DNA of 64,000 nt from Candidatus Latescibacterota bacterium (GTDB lineage: Bacteria; Latescibacterota; UBA2968), in assembly GCA_965207885.1 (NCBI GenBank), contig OZ242311.1, positions 1,120,001-1,184,000 on the forward strand, given 5' to 3'. This document shows, one piece after another, positions 19,498 to 28,938 of the stretch (position 1 is its first letter; each line of letters begins with the position of its first letter). The notes under the pieces are model-generated. The model did not search any database, was not told the DNA's origin, and saw only the letters and a list, made by a program, of their open reading frames with translations. Both the position numbers and the translations under genes were made by a program.

Positions 19498-20271
19498 ATG
19501 GGCCGATTATTTGCATTCCTCGGTGGGCAACTCGCCGCATTTTTTATCCAGGTTTTCCAGATGTTTTGCTATGGCGTCCAGTGCGTGACGGAAATGCGGC
19601 ATATCTACCTCTATCGACATCAGATTATCGGACAGTGTTATGCTGTTGGGGTTAGCTCTCTGCCTCTGGTTTGTCTGATTTCGGCTTTTAGCGGGATGGC
19701 GATCGCTATTCAGACGGCTTATCAGATGGAAGAGTACGTGCCCGACTATATGGTTGGTGCGCTTATGGTCCGCTCTGTGATACTCGTGCTGTCGCCTATT
19801 TTGTTGGGTCTCGTACTCGCGGGCAGGGTGGGTGCGGGCGTTGCGTCTGAACTCGGCACAATGAAAGTCTCAGAGCAAGTGGATGCGCTCGCGTCAATGG
19901 CTGTCGATCCAGTGGGGTATCTCATGTTGCCCCGAATGCTCGCGGGCGCGATTATGGTTCCAGTTCTCGTGATTTATTCCTTTTTGGTCGCGAATATCTG
20001 CGGGTTTGGTATGTCGATGATCAAGATGGCTATTACGCCTACAGAGTTGGTCAAAGGTATGAAGCTCTATTTTGAGGTGTATGATGTTTTTGTCGGGTTG
20101 GTCAAATCCTTTGTTTATGGTGGGTTGCTGACGTTTATGGGGTCTTACAAGGGGCTTTGCACTGCAGGCGGCGCACAGGGCGTTGGACGGGCTGCTACGG
20201 CTGCAGTTGTGATATCTTCTGCGCTGGTTCTCATTCTCGATTATTTTTTAACACACGCGTTGTTGTATTAA
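19498..20271 (+). CDS. mlaE: MlaE-family ABC permease
   Basis: VGVSSLP, AGRVGAGVASELGTMKVSEQVDAL, GGAQGVGRAAT. Confidence 0.9.
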   Translation: MGRLFAFLGGQLAAFFIQVFQMFCYGVQCVTEMRHIYLYRHQIIGQCYAVGVSSLPLVCLISAFSGMAIAIQTAYQMEEYVPDYMVGALMVRSVILVLSPILLGLVLAGRVGAGVASELGTMKVSEQVDALASMAVDPVGYLMLPRMLAGAIMVPVLVIYSFLVANICGFGMSMIKMAITPTELVKGMKLYFEVYDVFVGLVKSFVYGGLLTFMGSYKGLCTAGGAQGVGRAATAAVVISSALVLILDYFLTHALLY

Positions 20272-20274
20272 ACT

Positions 20275-21018
20275 ATGGCAAATGAAACGGCTATTGAGTT
20301 TGTCGAGGTGTTTAAGTCTTTTGAAGCACAACCCGTGCTGAAAGGGCTTGACCTGCGGGTTCCCCGGTCTGAGATTACGACGATTTTGGGACCGAGTGGA
20401 TGCGGCAAAAGTGTGACCTTAAAGCATGTGATTGGGATTGAGCGGGCCGATGAGGGAAAGGTCGTCGTTGCCGGTTATGACATGGAGCGGATTCGCCATG
20501 GCGAGTTGATCGAGTTGCGCAAGCGCATCGGGGTTTTATTTCAGTCTTCGGCACTTTTTGATTCTATGACGGTGAAAGAAAATGTGGCTTTTGGGTTGCG
20601 TATGCACACCAGGATGTCCGAAGAAGAGATTGCAGAGCGCGTGCATATCTGTCTCGATGCCGTGCGGTTGGCAGGTACAGAGGCCAAGATGCCGGTTGAG
20701 TTGTCGGGGGGAATGAGAAAACGCGCAGCACTTGCGCGGGCCATTGCGATGGAACCCGATTTTATTCTTTACGATGAGCCCACAACGGGTCTGGATCCAA
20801 ATACATCCAGTGTTGTGGGTGACTATATATTGAAATTGCAATCGGAACTCAATGTGACATCGGTGGTCGTCACCCACGATATGCCCCTTGCCCGGCGCGT
20901 TTCAGATCGGATTGCTCTGCTCTATGACGGCAAAGCTGTGGTTCAAGGTGCAATGGAAGATGTCGAGGCATCTGGCAATGAGTTTTTTGAATTATTTATT
21001 CAGGGCAAGTTGGGGTAA
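20275..21018 (+). CDS. mlaF: MlaF-family ABC ATPase
   Basis: GPSGCGKS, LFQSSALFDSMTV, ELSGGMRKR, YDEPTTGLDP. Confidence 0.9.
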   Translation: MANETAIEFVEVFKSFEAQPVLKGLDLRVPRSEITTILGPSGCGKSVTLKHVIGIERADEGKVVVAGYDMERIRHGELIELRKRIGVLFQSSALFDSMTVKENVAFGLRMHTRMSEEEIAERVHICLDAVRLAGTEAKMPVELSGGMRKRAALARAIAMEPDFILYDEPTTGLDPNTSSVVGDYILKLQSELNVTSVVVTHDMPLARRVSDRIALLYDGKAVVQGAMEDVEASGNEFFELFIQGKLG

Positions 21019-21021
21019 CTT

Positions 21022-21933
21022 ATGAGAAATCGTCGGCAAGAAATTATTCTGGGTGCAGTTGTATTTTTTGCAGCCGTTATTCTGGTGGTCGGCACGGTGT
21101 GGCTCTCTGAGCGCTATGCAGGTGCGGCTGGCGGATATCGCATCCATGCTAAGTTCGACAGTGTGCCGGGGCTTCAAGTGGGCAATCCCGTGACGTTTCG
21201 CGGGGTGCGGGTGGGAAAGGTATTGTCTATTACTCTTGAGGATGGGCTGCCTTTTGTTGCGCTCGGATTTGCCTCAGTGAGAGATTTACCCGTGGATTCT
21301 CGTTTTTTACTCAAATCCGACGGTCTGCTGGGTGGGCAGATGATCGAAATTCAGTTGGGAGAGTCGGAACAGCGTCTTCCAGATGGCGCTGTTGTGGAGG
21401 GGACTTCTGCTTCTGATCTCGATGCAATGGTGTCTGAAAGCAGGCTTATGATCGAAAAGATTCGCAATGCAGTAGATGGCGTAGCCAGTGATAACAATCT
21501 CGCGCATCTGGAAAGCGTTCTTTCGCGTATTGATACGACCACGTACTATCTCAACCGATTATTGAATGACGATAATCTGGGTAAGGTCGATAAGATGCTC
21601 GACAGTTTGGCGGTGGCGACGGGCGATGCGAGTGGTTTGATGCGGGATAATCGCGAAAATTTGAGTGTTGCAGTGACCAATATAGCTGTGACGATGGAAC
21701 GCCTTGCGCGGATTTCGGCACAGATGGAATCGACTTCGGTTGCAATGCAGAATACATTTGCCAATCTCGATGATATTTCCAAAGGGATACGAGACGGACG
21801 CGGTACGGTCGGGCGTTTGGTTAAGGACGAAGCCGTGTACGAGCATCTGGATCGCACACTGACGTCTGTGGATAGTCTTATTGAAGATATCAAGCGGAAT
21901 CCCAAACGCTATCTCACCATTGAGATATTTTGA
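21022..21933 (+). CDS. mlaD: MlaD/MCE family protein
   Basis: N-terminal TM, GLQVGNPVTFRGVRVGKV, coiled coil, GTVGRLV, DIKRNPKRY. Confidence 0.85.
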   Translation: MRNRRQEIILGAVVFFAAVILVVGTVWLSERYAGAAGGYRIHAKFDSVPGLQVGNPVTFRGVRVGKVLSITLEDGLPFVALGFASVRDLPVDSRFLLKSDGLLGGQMIEIQLGESEQRLPDGAVVEGTSASDLDAMVSESRLMIEKIRNAVDGVASDNNLAHLESVLSRIDTTTYYLNRLLNDDNLGKVDKMLDSLAVATGDASGLMRDNRENLSVAVTNIAVTMERLARISAQMESTSVAMQNTFANLDDISKGIRDGRGTVGRLVKDEAVYEHLDRTLTSVDSLIEDIKRNPKRYLTIEIF

Positions 21934-21943
21934 GGAGTTCACT

Positions 21944-22816
21944 ATGGTTATCAAGATTCTGCTTTTGCTCGTTGCTCTTGCATCTACAATCTCAGCTACC
22001 GATCTGGCGTGGTTTCATTGGAAGGATAATGACGCGATCTCTTTTGGCGGATTTGTACCCGAGATGCGAGCCGTAAAAGCAATTGTGGGAGAAGGTGATG
22101 AGGCACCGCGCATTGTGTATGGCGACCGTCATGGGGCCATTTATGTGCTGGAAATGCAAGGGGGGCGCTTTCGAGAGGTGTGGAGAAGTCCTCCACTGAG
22201 AGCGGAGATTGCAGAAGTTTTTGTTCTGGATATCGATGTCGATGACGAGCTCGAGATCGTTGCATATACCCATGCTGGAGATATTGCTTTTTATCGTGCC
22301 AGCGATTTTCATGAGATATGGCGAAGCACGGACGATGAGTTTGCATCGGTTTCGGCTATGGTGATTGAAAATATCGATGACGACCCGCAACTCGAGCTGG
22401 TGTTTTGCGGCGAGGATGCCGCAGAGAGTCGGAGCTATCGACCGCCGGGTGGCTCACGCGATAATTCCGATCAGGATCGCGCTGCACAAATTGGGCGCTT
22501 GTTTGTGTTTGATTGCAAAAATCTGTTTTTAGAATGGCGCAGCGAGCAGGGGCTGTGGGCACAGAGTATGGCTGTTGGCGATCTCGATGACGACGGTGAG
22601 CTTGAGATTGCACTCAATACGGGGTTTGTTATTGGCGCGACTTATCAACGCGTTGAGTGGGAATACCTCGATGGCTTTGGTGATAAGATTGGGTACGCTG
22701 ATCTCGATGGCGATGGCATACCCGAGTTGATCGGCGAGACGAAAAAGCCCCGTCAATTTATTCGCATTTTTGATGTGGATCTGCAATCCGAAAGTTTTCT
22801 GAGTTCTGGTAGGTAG
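21944..22816 (+). CDS. Secreted FG-GAP/VCBS-like repeat protein
   Basis: Signal peptide; repeated DIDVDDELEI, NIDDDPQLEL, DLDDDGELEI, DLDGDGIPEL; GAGGAG RBS. Confidence 0.65.
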   Translation: MVIKILLLLVALASTISATDLAWFHWKDNDAISFGGFVPEMRAVKAIVGEGDEAPRIVYGDRHGAIYVLEMQGGRFREVWRSPPLRAEIAEVFVLDIDVDDELEIVAYTHAGDIAFYRASDFHEIWRSTDDEFASVSAMVIENIDDDPQLELVFCGEDAAESRSYRPPGGSRDNSDQDRAAQIGRLFVFDCKNLFLEWRSEQGLWAQSMAVGDLDDDGELEIALNTGFVIGATYQRVEWEYLDGFGDKIGYADLDGDGIPELIGETKKPRQFIRIFDVDLQSESFLSSGR

Positions 22817-22865
22817 AAGTGTGAAGTAGGAAGTGTGAAGAGCAGCAGGCGTGACGATAGGAATA

Positions 22866-22906
22866 GCGATTGTCATTGCGGCATGATTTTGAGCCGCAAT
22901 CCAGAA
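22866..22906. repeat. 41-bp palindromic repeat, copy 1
   Basis: GCGATTGTCATTGCGGCATG-N6-AGCCGCAATCCAGAA; 39/41 identical to 23171-23211. Confidence 0.85.
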
Positions 22907-22931
22907 GATTTTCGCTGATCGCTTGTTTATC

Positions 22932-22960
22932 TTGACGGTCTCTGGCAAAATGGGTAAATT
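22932..22960 (+). promoter_or_regulatory. Sigma-70 promoter of tRNA-Pro(GGG)
   Basis: TTGACG-17 bp-TAAATT just upstream of the tRNA. Confidence 0.6.
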
Positions 22961-22978
22961 TATTTGTGAACGAGTTGT

Positions 22979-23055
22979 CGGAGCGTAGCGCAGCTCGGTA
23001 GCGCACCATCTTGGGGTGATGGGGGTCGCTGGTTCAAATCCAGTCGCTCCGACCA
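22979..23055 (+). tRNA. tRNA-Pro(GGG)
   Basis: 77 nt; acceptor CGGAGCG/CGCTCCG, anticodon arm CCATC-TTGGGGT-GATGG, GGTTCAAATCC T-arm, encoded CCA. Confidence 0.97.
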
Positions 23056-23064
23056 TAATAATAC

Positions 23065-23100
23065 GGGGGTTATGCTTTTATTGCATAACCCCTTGTTTTG
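23065..23100 (+). terminator. Terminator after tRNA-Pro(GGG)
   Basis: GGGGTTATGC-TTTTATT-GCATAACCCC plus T-rich tail. Confidence 0.85.
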
Positions 23101-23170
23101 TGATGGTTAAACAGATTGGTAACTATTTAGTGTATCGTGACAAAAGAGTCTATCTATATCAATCTTACTT

Positions 23171-23211
23171 GCGATTGTCATTGCGGCATGGTGTTGAGCC
23201 GCAATCCAGAA
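23171..23211. repeat. 41-bp palindromic repeat, copy 2
   Basis: Near-identical to 22866-22906. Confidence 0.85.
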
Positions 23212-23266
23212 AAATCATGGGCGACTACTTAAACGAATTTTAGCTAAATAGAAGGAGGTTTGTGCA

Positions 23267-24310
23267 ATGTCGGACAATGATGCAACATATTTGGGATTTA
23301 CAGCGATATTCAGATTTATGGATTCTGAAGATAAATATATGGAGACTGTAGTCAAACGCGCAATTGATTCACGAAATAAGGTGTTACAAGAAACGCGAAG
23401 GTTACTCAACTCGGCTATACGCGAGTACATAAGAGTTGATGGGTACAAAAATACAGATCGCGCGCCAGTTCATTATCTCATGGAGCCTGTTCTGGAGGAG
23501 GAACGCGAGAGGAGGCCCAGGCGGGTGAAGCTGGAGAATCGCCTCTTGCCGCTCATAGACCGCATCGATCGGCTCATGAGCAAGTCTCCCATGCCGCCGA
23601 TAGAGGAAGAACAAGAATCCCCTTTTCCAGACGCGCAACAACTCGCTCAAGAACTCGATAATCAACGTGCGTTTTCCGATGACGATTACTCTTCTTTGCT
23701 ATCGGAGAATCAACATCTCAATGGCGAGATTGAATCGCTGCAAAGCCAATTGCACAAGCGTCAGGATGAGATGGAAAAGCTGCAAAAGGAGGCCGAGAGG
23801 TGGCGAAAATACTACATTGAGGAGGCGAGCAAGGAGGTGGCAACCACGGGTGAAGATGAGGACTTAGTCATTGAGAGCGTGAATGATGCTGTTGAGCTTG
23901 CCAAAGAAAGGTTCGACGATAAACTTTACTTCCAACTCAATGGGAAATCGCGCGTTGAAGATAACCCATTCAAGCATCCCAAAGCCGTGTGGGACGCACT
24001 ACAATGGCTGGCGACCACGTATTATGGGGCTCGCATGGGGAAAAACAGTCTAACAAGTCCCGATGTGTCCATTCGGAAAGCGTGTAAGTGGTGGTACAAG
24101 GGGCACCAGAGCGATATAACAATGAACAAGTACGAGGATTGGTACACCACTAAAATTGGTCACAAGACCCATTGGCTAAAAAAGCACATCGGAACGGGAA
24201 GCAGTAAGGATGCGCGCTATACCATTCGGGTCGCTTTTGATTGGGACAAGAGCAAGGAGCGCATCGTTATTGGATACATCGGTCAGCACCAACAGACAGA
24301 TGCGACATGA
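23267..24310 (+). CDS. Hypothetical protein: coiled coil plus possible RelE-like C-terminal domain
   Basis: AGGAGG RBS; heptad region; C-terminal KHIGTGSSKDARYTIRVAFDWD..IVIGYIGQH. Confidence 0.55.
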   Translation: MSDNDATYLGFTAIFRFMDSEDKYMETVVKRAIDSRNKVLQETRRLLNSAIREYIRVDGYKNTDRAPVHYLMEPVLEEERERRPRRVKLENRLLPLIDRIDRLMSKSPMPPIEEEQESPFPDAQQLAQELDNQRAFSDDDYSSLLSENQHLNGEIESLQSQLHKRQDEMEKLQKEAERWRKYYIEEASKEVATTGEDEDLVIESVNDAVELAKERFDDKLYFQLNGKSRVEDNPFKHPKAVWDALQWLATTYYGARMGKNSLTSPDVSIRKACKWWYKGHQSDITMNKYEDWYTTKIGHKTHWLKKHIGTGSSKDARYTIRVAFDWDKSKERIVIGYIGQHQQTDAT

Positions 24311-24332
24311 GAAGTATGAAGTGTGATTTCCC

Positions 24333-24434
24333 GTAGGGGCGAGGCATGCCTCGCCCGTGCTTGTCATCGCGCCCTAGTGTTGTAGTGGCAACCCTCGTGG
24401 TTGCCCGATTGTAGGGGCGAAAAATCTTTCGCCC
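24333..24434 (+). repeat. Three GTAG-type REP-like palindromes
   Basis: GTAG-GGGCGAGGCATGCCTCGCCC (24333), GTAG-TGGCAACCCTCGTGGTTGCCC (24382), GTAG-GGGCGAAAAATCTTTCGCCC (24411). Confidence 0.75.
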
Positions 24435-24600
24435 GCTGGTCGCGGCATTACTGAATACAGTCTTTTCAGCACAGGCCCTGCCGCGACTACTACCCTCCTG
24501 CCTGCCCTGTGTTCTTCAGGGTATTTTTATTGGACCTCCTCTTTCTCTCGAAAAAGTAGAAATATGAGGGAAAATGACACATATGCGGAATATTTTTGAA

Positions 24601-24630
24601 TTGCAATTTCGCAAACGATTGTGGTATAAT
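24601..24630 (+). promoter_or_regulatory. Sigma-70 promoter with extended -10
   Basis: TTGCAA-18 bp-TATAAT with TGn immediately upstream of the -10. Confidence 0.65.
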
Positions 24631-24804
24631 TAAAAAGCCGCCGACAAGACCTAGATAAAGTCATCTGTCAGCGGCGGGTTAGCCTGCTTGCGCGAGTGTC
24701 AGCGCGCAGGCAAGTATCTCAAGCGGACAACTTGAGAATACCCAAAAATAACGATCCAAATCTCAATTGTCAACCATTGAGATTTTTGGCTTGCTGCTGG
24801 TGCT

Positions 24805-25494
24805 ATGGATAAGCAGAAAATTTTGATTATAGGTCATGCAATCTATACTATGTCGGAGTTCATAAGATTCGTGATTGATGGCCCTCATGAAGTATTTGCT
24901 GCGCCTGATGGGCGAGAAGGGCTTGAAATTTTAAGGAGCGAGCAGATAGACCTTGCCATAGCCGAGATGTATATAGAGGACGTTGATGGGGTACACTTTG
25001 CGAAGCGCGTACGGGCAGAGAAAATTCAGACAGATATCTTGCTCAGGGCAAGGTCTGAATCTCTAAATTTGGACGAAGAAGTACGCAAGACAAGCGTAAG
25101 TGTGTTCCCCATTATGAGAGATAAATTTTTGGTGAAGATCAAAACGTCTATGTCTTCGCAATATCCGTGGAAAACAGAGTTGGAATCATTTCTGAATGAG
25201 AAATACTGCAATCCAGAGCTAAAATTTGACGACCTTATGGACCATTTCCTGTTCTGTAGATCCTATGGTTGCAAACTGTTTAAAAAACATCTTGGCAAGA
25301 CCTTCTCGGAAATATTGAGGGAGACGAGAGTTGCAAAGGCACAACAGTATTTGATAGAAGAACCGTCATTGCTGATCTATGAAATATCAGACAAATGTGG
25401 GTTTCGTGAACAAAAGCGTTTGTATGAGGCTTTCATTAAAGTACACGGTATTTCGCCTACTGAGTACCGAAGAAGAAATGTAAATCAGGACTAA
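24805..25494 (+). CDS. Atypical response regulator, REC + AraC HTH
   Basis: KILII..APDGREGLEIL..IDLAIAEM (Glu at phospho-Asp position); LFKKHLGKTF..EISDKCGF..FIKVHGISPTEYR. Confidence 0.85.
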   Translation: MDKQKILIIGHAIYTMSEFIRFVIDGPHEVFAAPDGREGLEILRSEQIDLAIAEMYIEDVDGVHFAKRVRAEKIQTDILLRARSESLNLDEEVRKTSVSVFPIMRDKFLVKIKTSMSSQYPWKTELESFLNEKYCNPELKFDDLMDHFLFCRSYGCKLFKKHLGKTFSEILRETRVAKAQQYLIEEPSLLIYEISDKCGFREQKRLYEAFIKVHGISPTEYRRRNVNQD

Positions 25495-25501
25495 TGTTGC
25501 G

Positions 25502-25567
25502 TTGCGCGTGTTCGTGACAGGTGCTGCGGGATTTATCGGAGCTAATGCGAGATGTCGGCTACAATAG
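25502..25567 (+). pseudogene. N-terminal remnant of an NAD-dependent epimerase/dehydratase
   Basis: Translates to LRVFVTGAAGFIGANARCRLQ*, the extended-SDR Rossmann motif only. Confidence 0.6.
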
Positions 25568-25648
25568 ATGTTTGAGTTGAATGTGCATTTGGTCGGTCTA
25601 AATCCATCAGTTTTAGCCGTTATCGCAACCTAATCTTATGTCTCCAGT

Positions 25649-26827
25649 ATGGGTTTAGCCACCAAACAGCCTGAATCTGATCATGAGATCAAGCTAAAGG
25701 GCTTCGAGTTTATAAGATTCTTCATTCTGTCTATTATCGCATCGAGTATTCTGCTTATTGCAGGGGTTGTGATTTTAGGCTGGGATGTCGAAATGGAAAT
25801 TAGTGTTGAGGCGTCGGGGCACGTTGAACCCGTTGAGAAAAAATTTGTCAAATCAGAGACCGTGGGGACGATAGAGAAGGTGCTTATTCACGCGGGTCAG
25901 CAGGTCGCAAAAGGGGATACGCTTTTTGTTCTCGGTGCTTCAGAGTGGAGAAAAGAGGCCGCGAAAATAGAAAAAGAGATTGCAATTAATCAACGACAGA
26001 GAGAGGAACTCAGAGAGACATTATTTTTTGATCGGCAAAGGATAGAATCAAGTCTTGACCAGGCGCGGCTCGAACACGAAGCAAGCGGTCTTAGGCTTGA
26101 ACAGATTTTACAGGAGCAACAATTGTATCAAAAATATCTGAAAGAGAGAAAGGAACGGACACGACCTCTTGAGACGCTTTTACCTGTAAAACTTCAGGAG
26201 AACAATCTCAACCGTGTTCAGCAACGCATGACCTATCTGAAAATTGAGCGTGATGCTCTGGCTGTTAGAGAGAAAGAAATCCAAACTTTGAAACTGGTGG
26301 GGGATAAGCTCATGCAAGAACGCGATTGGATTCAGGAACAGATACGGAAAACCACCATCACTTCCCCAATCGCAGGTATTATTCTGACATCAGATATTGA
26401 GACGATTGAGGGCGATAGGGTTTCGGTTGGTAGTCCGGTATTGGAATTGGCGCAGTTAAATGAATGGCAGGCGAGGGTTTTTGTGCAAGAGGTGGATATT
26501 TCAAAAATTGAAATGGGTCAAGATGTCAAGTTGTACATCCATGCGTTTCCGCATATGAATTACAAAATTTTTAGTGGTAGGGTTAGCGAATTGCCCAGCC
26601 GGAATCAAGTCGTGCCTCCCAATGCAACGGCTCTGACATTATACCCGGTGAAGATATTGATCGATGAACCTTTTGTTCGCAGTGGTGATCAGGTCTATCC
26701 GGTGGCGTATGGCATGCGGTTAGATGCGAAGATCATTATTGAAAGAAATTTTTTATGGGAAATTGCGTGGAAAAAGATAAAAGAGGCTTTTGGTATCGTT
26801 GACAAGAAAAATCCGTTGGTTTTTTAA
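25649..26827 (+). CDS. HlyD-family secretion adaptor
   Basis: N-terminal TM, ASGHVEP, GQQVAKGDTLF, coiled coil, ITSPIAG, DISKIEMGQDV, YGMRLDAKII. Confidence 0.9.
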   Translation: MGLATKQPESDHEIKLKGFEFIRFFILSIIASSILLIAGVVILGWDVEMEISVEASGHVEPVEKKFVKSETVGTIEKVLIHAGQQVAKGDTLFVLGASEWRKEAAKIEKEIAINQRQREELRETLFFDRQRIESSLDQARLEHEASGLRLEQILQEQQLYQKYLKERKERTRPLETLLPVKLQENNLNRVQQRMTYLKIERDALAVREKEIQTLKLVGDKLMQERDWIQEQIRKTTITSPIAGIILTSDIETIEGDRVSVGSPVLELAQLNEWQARVFVQEVDISKIEMGQDVKLYIHAFPHMNYKIFSGRVSELPSRNQVVPPNATALTLYPVKILIDEPFVRSGDQVYPVAYGMRLDAKIIIERNFLWEIAWKKIKEAFGIVDKKNPLVF

Positions 26828-26858
26828 TTGATGACAGGCAAACCGGAGATCGGGAATC

Positions 26859-28574
26859 TTGACGCAAATATTCACTATTGTTAAGATGCTGCGGCCTTAT
26901 TGGCGGTATATCATTCAGTCGCTTTGTGTTGGCATTTTGTTTATGTTGTTTCAGATACCAGGACCTTATTTCACGAAAATAATGATCGATGACGTATATC
27001 CGCATAAAGATTTCTCTCTGTTGAATTTTGTTCTGTTGTTGGGCATGCTGATGTCGTTGGGCGTGGGTGGGATGAGGTTTATCAGTGGGTATTTTGGTCA
27101 GTGTGTTGGCATCCGGATGGGATATGATTTTCAAGCGCGTTTTTACAAACATATACAAACGTTGGATTTTGGTTTTTTTGATAGCCGGGAGACGGGTGAA
27201 ATACTATCTCGATTTCGAGATATGCGAAGTTCAATTGCCAGTGTCATCAGTTTGATTAACACGCTGATTATCAATTCGCTCCAACTCCTAATTTTTCCGC
27301 CCATTCTGTTCTTTATCAATTGGAAACTGGCACTGATTAGCCTCACGGTCTTGCCCTTTGACACGCTGTTGGTTATGATTTCAAGGCGGTTTATACGCAA
27401 ATATACAAGAGAAGTTGCAGAACGCTCAGCAGAGTTATCGGCGAAAAATTACGAGTCCATCTCTTCAATTAGAACAGTACAGTCTTTGGGGTTGGAGGCT
27501 TCATTTTTTCAGAAGCTACAGGGATTGTTCATCGGTGTGGCAAATTTGAGAATGAAAGTGTCGCTTTTTTCGGGCACAACGGGATATGCCAGCACCATTA
27601 TCAAGACAGGCGGAACACTTGCCTACGGCTTCTACGGATGGCACGAGGTGTTATCTGACAATTTGACGTTGGGAAGTTATATGGCTTTTACGGGCTATGT
27701 GGGGTATTTGTATGGACCCATAAAAAGTCTCATTGGCCTGTTGCGGCGCATCGAATCCACGCTGGTTCATACGGACCGCTTTTTTGAAGTCTATAATATC
27801 ACGCCTGACATACGCGATGAACCGCAGTTGGCTGAACTCAACGGGGTTCGTGGAAGGATAGAGTTTCGAGATGTCAATTTTGCATATCAGCCCGAAAGGG
27901 TGGTGTTGAACGAGATCAATCTCGAGATTGACGCTGATCAGACAGTAGCTATTGTTGGAAGAAGTGGGTCGGGCAAATCTACCCTGGCAAAGCTCATTCC
28001 GAGATTTTACGATCCAGTGGATGGTCAGGTCTTGATCGATGGGGTCGATATCAGGCAATACCGTCTCAATTCTCTGCGCCAAAATATCGGCTTTGTGATG
28101 CAAGGCAGTGCGCTGTTTCAGGGGAGTATTTTGGAGAATCTGACGTTTAACAAACCGATTTCCCTGATCGATGTCGAAGCCGCAACCCGGGCAGCCTATA
28201 TCCACGATTTTGTCACGCGGCTACCCAAAGGTTATCACACGATCATCGGTGAGCAGGGGGCGCAACTTTCAGAGGGGCAAAAGCAGAGGGTCGCACTTGC
28301 ACGAGTGCTACTACAGAACACACCCATCTTGATTTTGGATGAACCCACTGCGGCACTGGATAACGAGTCTGAGTTTTATATTCAAGAAGCGATGAAGGAA
28401 ATTTGCAAACAAAGAACAGTGATCGTCATTGCCCATCGTCTGTCAACCATCCGGCGTGCAGACAAAATCGTGGTCATCGACCAGGGAAGAATTGCTGAGG
28501 AAGGCAGCCACGAGGTTTTGATGCTGCAAGATGGTGTTTATTCCATGCTCCAGGAGCGAGCCGCGAGGATTTGA
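26859..28574 (+). CDS. ABC exporter (TMD+NBD) without C39 peptidase domain
   Basis: FFDSRETGEILSRF, GRSGSGKST, LSEGQKQR, LILDEPTAALD, IAHRLST. Confidence 0.92.
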   Translation: MTQIFTIVKMLRPYWRYIIQSLCVGILFMLFQIPGPYFTKIMIDDVYPHKDFSLLNFVLLLGMLMSLGVGGMRFISGYFGQCVGIRMGYDFQARFYKHIQTLDFGFFDSRETGEILSRFRDMRSSIASVISLINTLIINSLQLLIFPPILFFINWKLALISLTVLPFDTLLVMISRRFIRKYTREVAERSAELSAKNYESISSIRTVQSLGLEASFFQKLQGLFIGVANLRMKVSLFSGTTGYASTIIKTGGTLAYGFYGWHEVLSDNLTLGSYMAFTGYVGYLYGPIKSLIGLLRRIESTLVHTDRFFEVYNITPDIRDEPQLAELNGVRGRIEFRDVNFAYQPERVVLNEINLEIDADQTVAIVGRSGSGKSTLAKLIPRFYDPVDGQVLIDGVDIRQYRLNSLRQNIGFVMQGSALFQGSILENLTFNKPISLIDVEAATRAAYIHDFVTRLPKGYHTIIGEQGAQLSEGQKQRVALARVLLQNTPILILDEPTAALDNESEFYIQEAMKEICKQRTVIVIAHRLSTIRRADKIVVIDQGRIAEEGSHEVLMLQDGVYSMLQERAARI

Positions 28575-28575
28575 T

Positions 28576-28905
28576 ATGTTTTTTGATATGCTTAAAGCAA
28601 AGTGCCCAAACTGTGGATATAGAAACGATTGGGAAGGATCATTTAAATGGTTTAATCCCCCTCGCACCTGGCCCTGTAAGAAATGTGGCATCATGCTTGA
28701 AATGGATCGCAGGAGAGGATTCCTCGTGCTGCTCATATATGCGGCATTCTGGTTATTTTTTGAGTTATGGGTCAAGGATTGGAGCTTTCTTGTCTATTAT
28801 CTCCTGCCGGTTGGCATTCTCATCATTCTTTCATTGAAGCGCGTTAAAATTGTGCAATCTTCAGACCAAAATTCTGATGCTGATAACCCCAAAAGTGCCG
28901 TTTAA
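28576..28905 (+). CDS. CxxC-x20-CxxC zinc-ribbon membrane protein 1
   Basis: CPNC-20 aa-CKKC then two hydrophobic segments; GAGGA RBS. Confidence 0.75.
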   Translation: MFFDMLKAKCPNCGYRNDWEGSFKWFNPPRTWPCKKCGIMLEMDRRRGFLVLLIYAAFWLFFELWVKDWSFLVYYLLPVGILIILSLKRVKIVQSSDQNSDADNPKSAV

Positions 28906-28938
28906 CAAAGCTCCAAAAGCGTTTAGCGAGGATTTAAT

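Noticed and set aside
22529-23056. Antisense ORFs beginning MVGATGFEP and MVGARGFEP (also 47095-47412)
   Set aside because: These are reverse-complement translations of the tRNA genes
28261-28290. LSEGQ instead of LSGGQ as a sign of an inactive ABC ATPase
   Set aside because: Single substitution at a tolerant position; Walker A/B, D-loop and H-loop are intact
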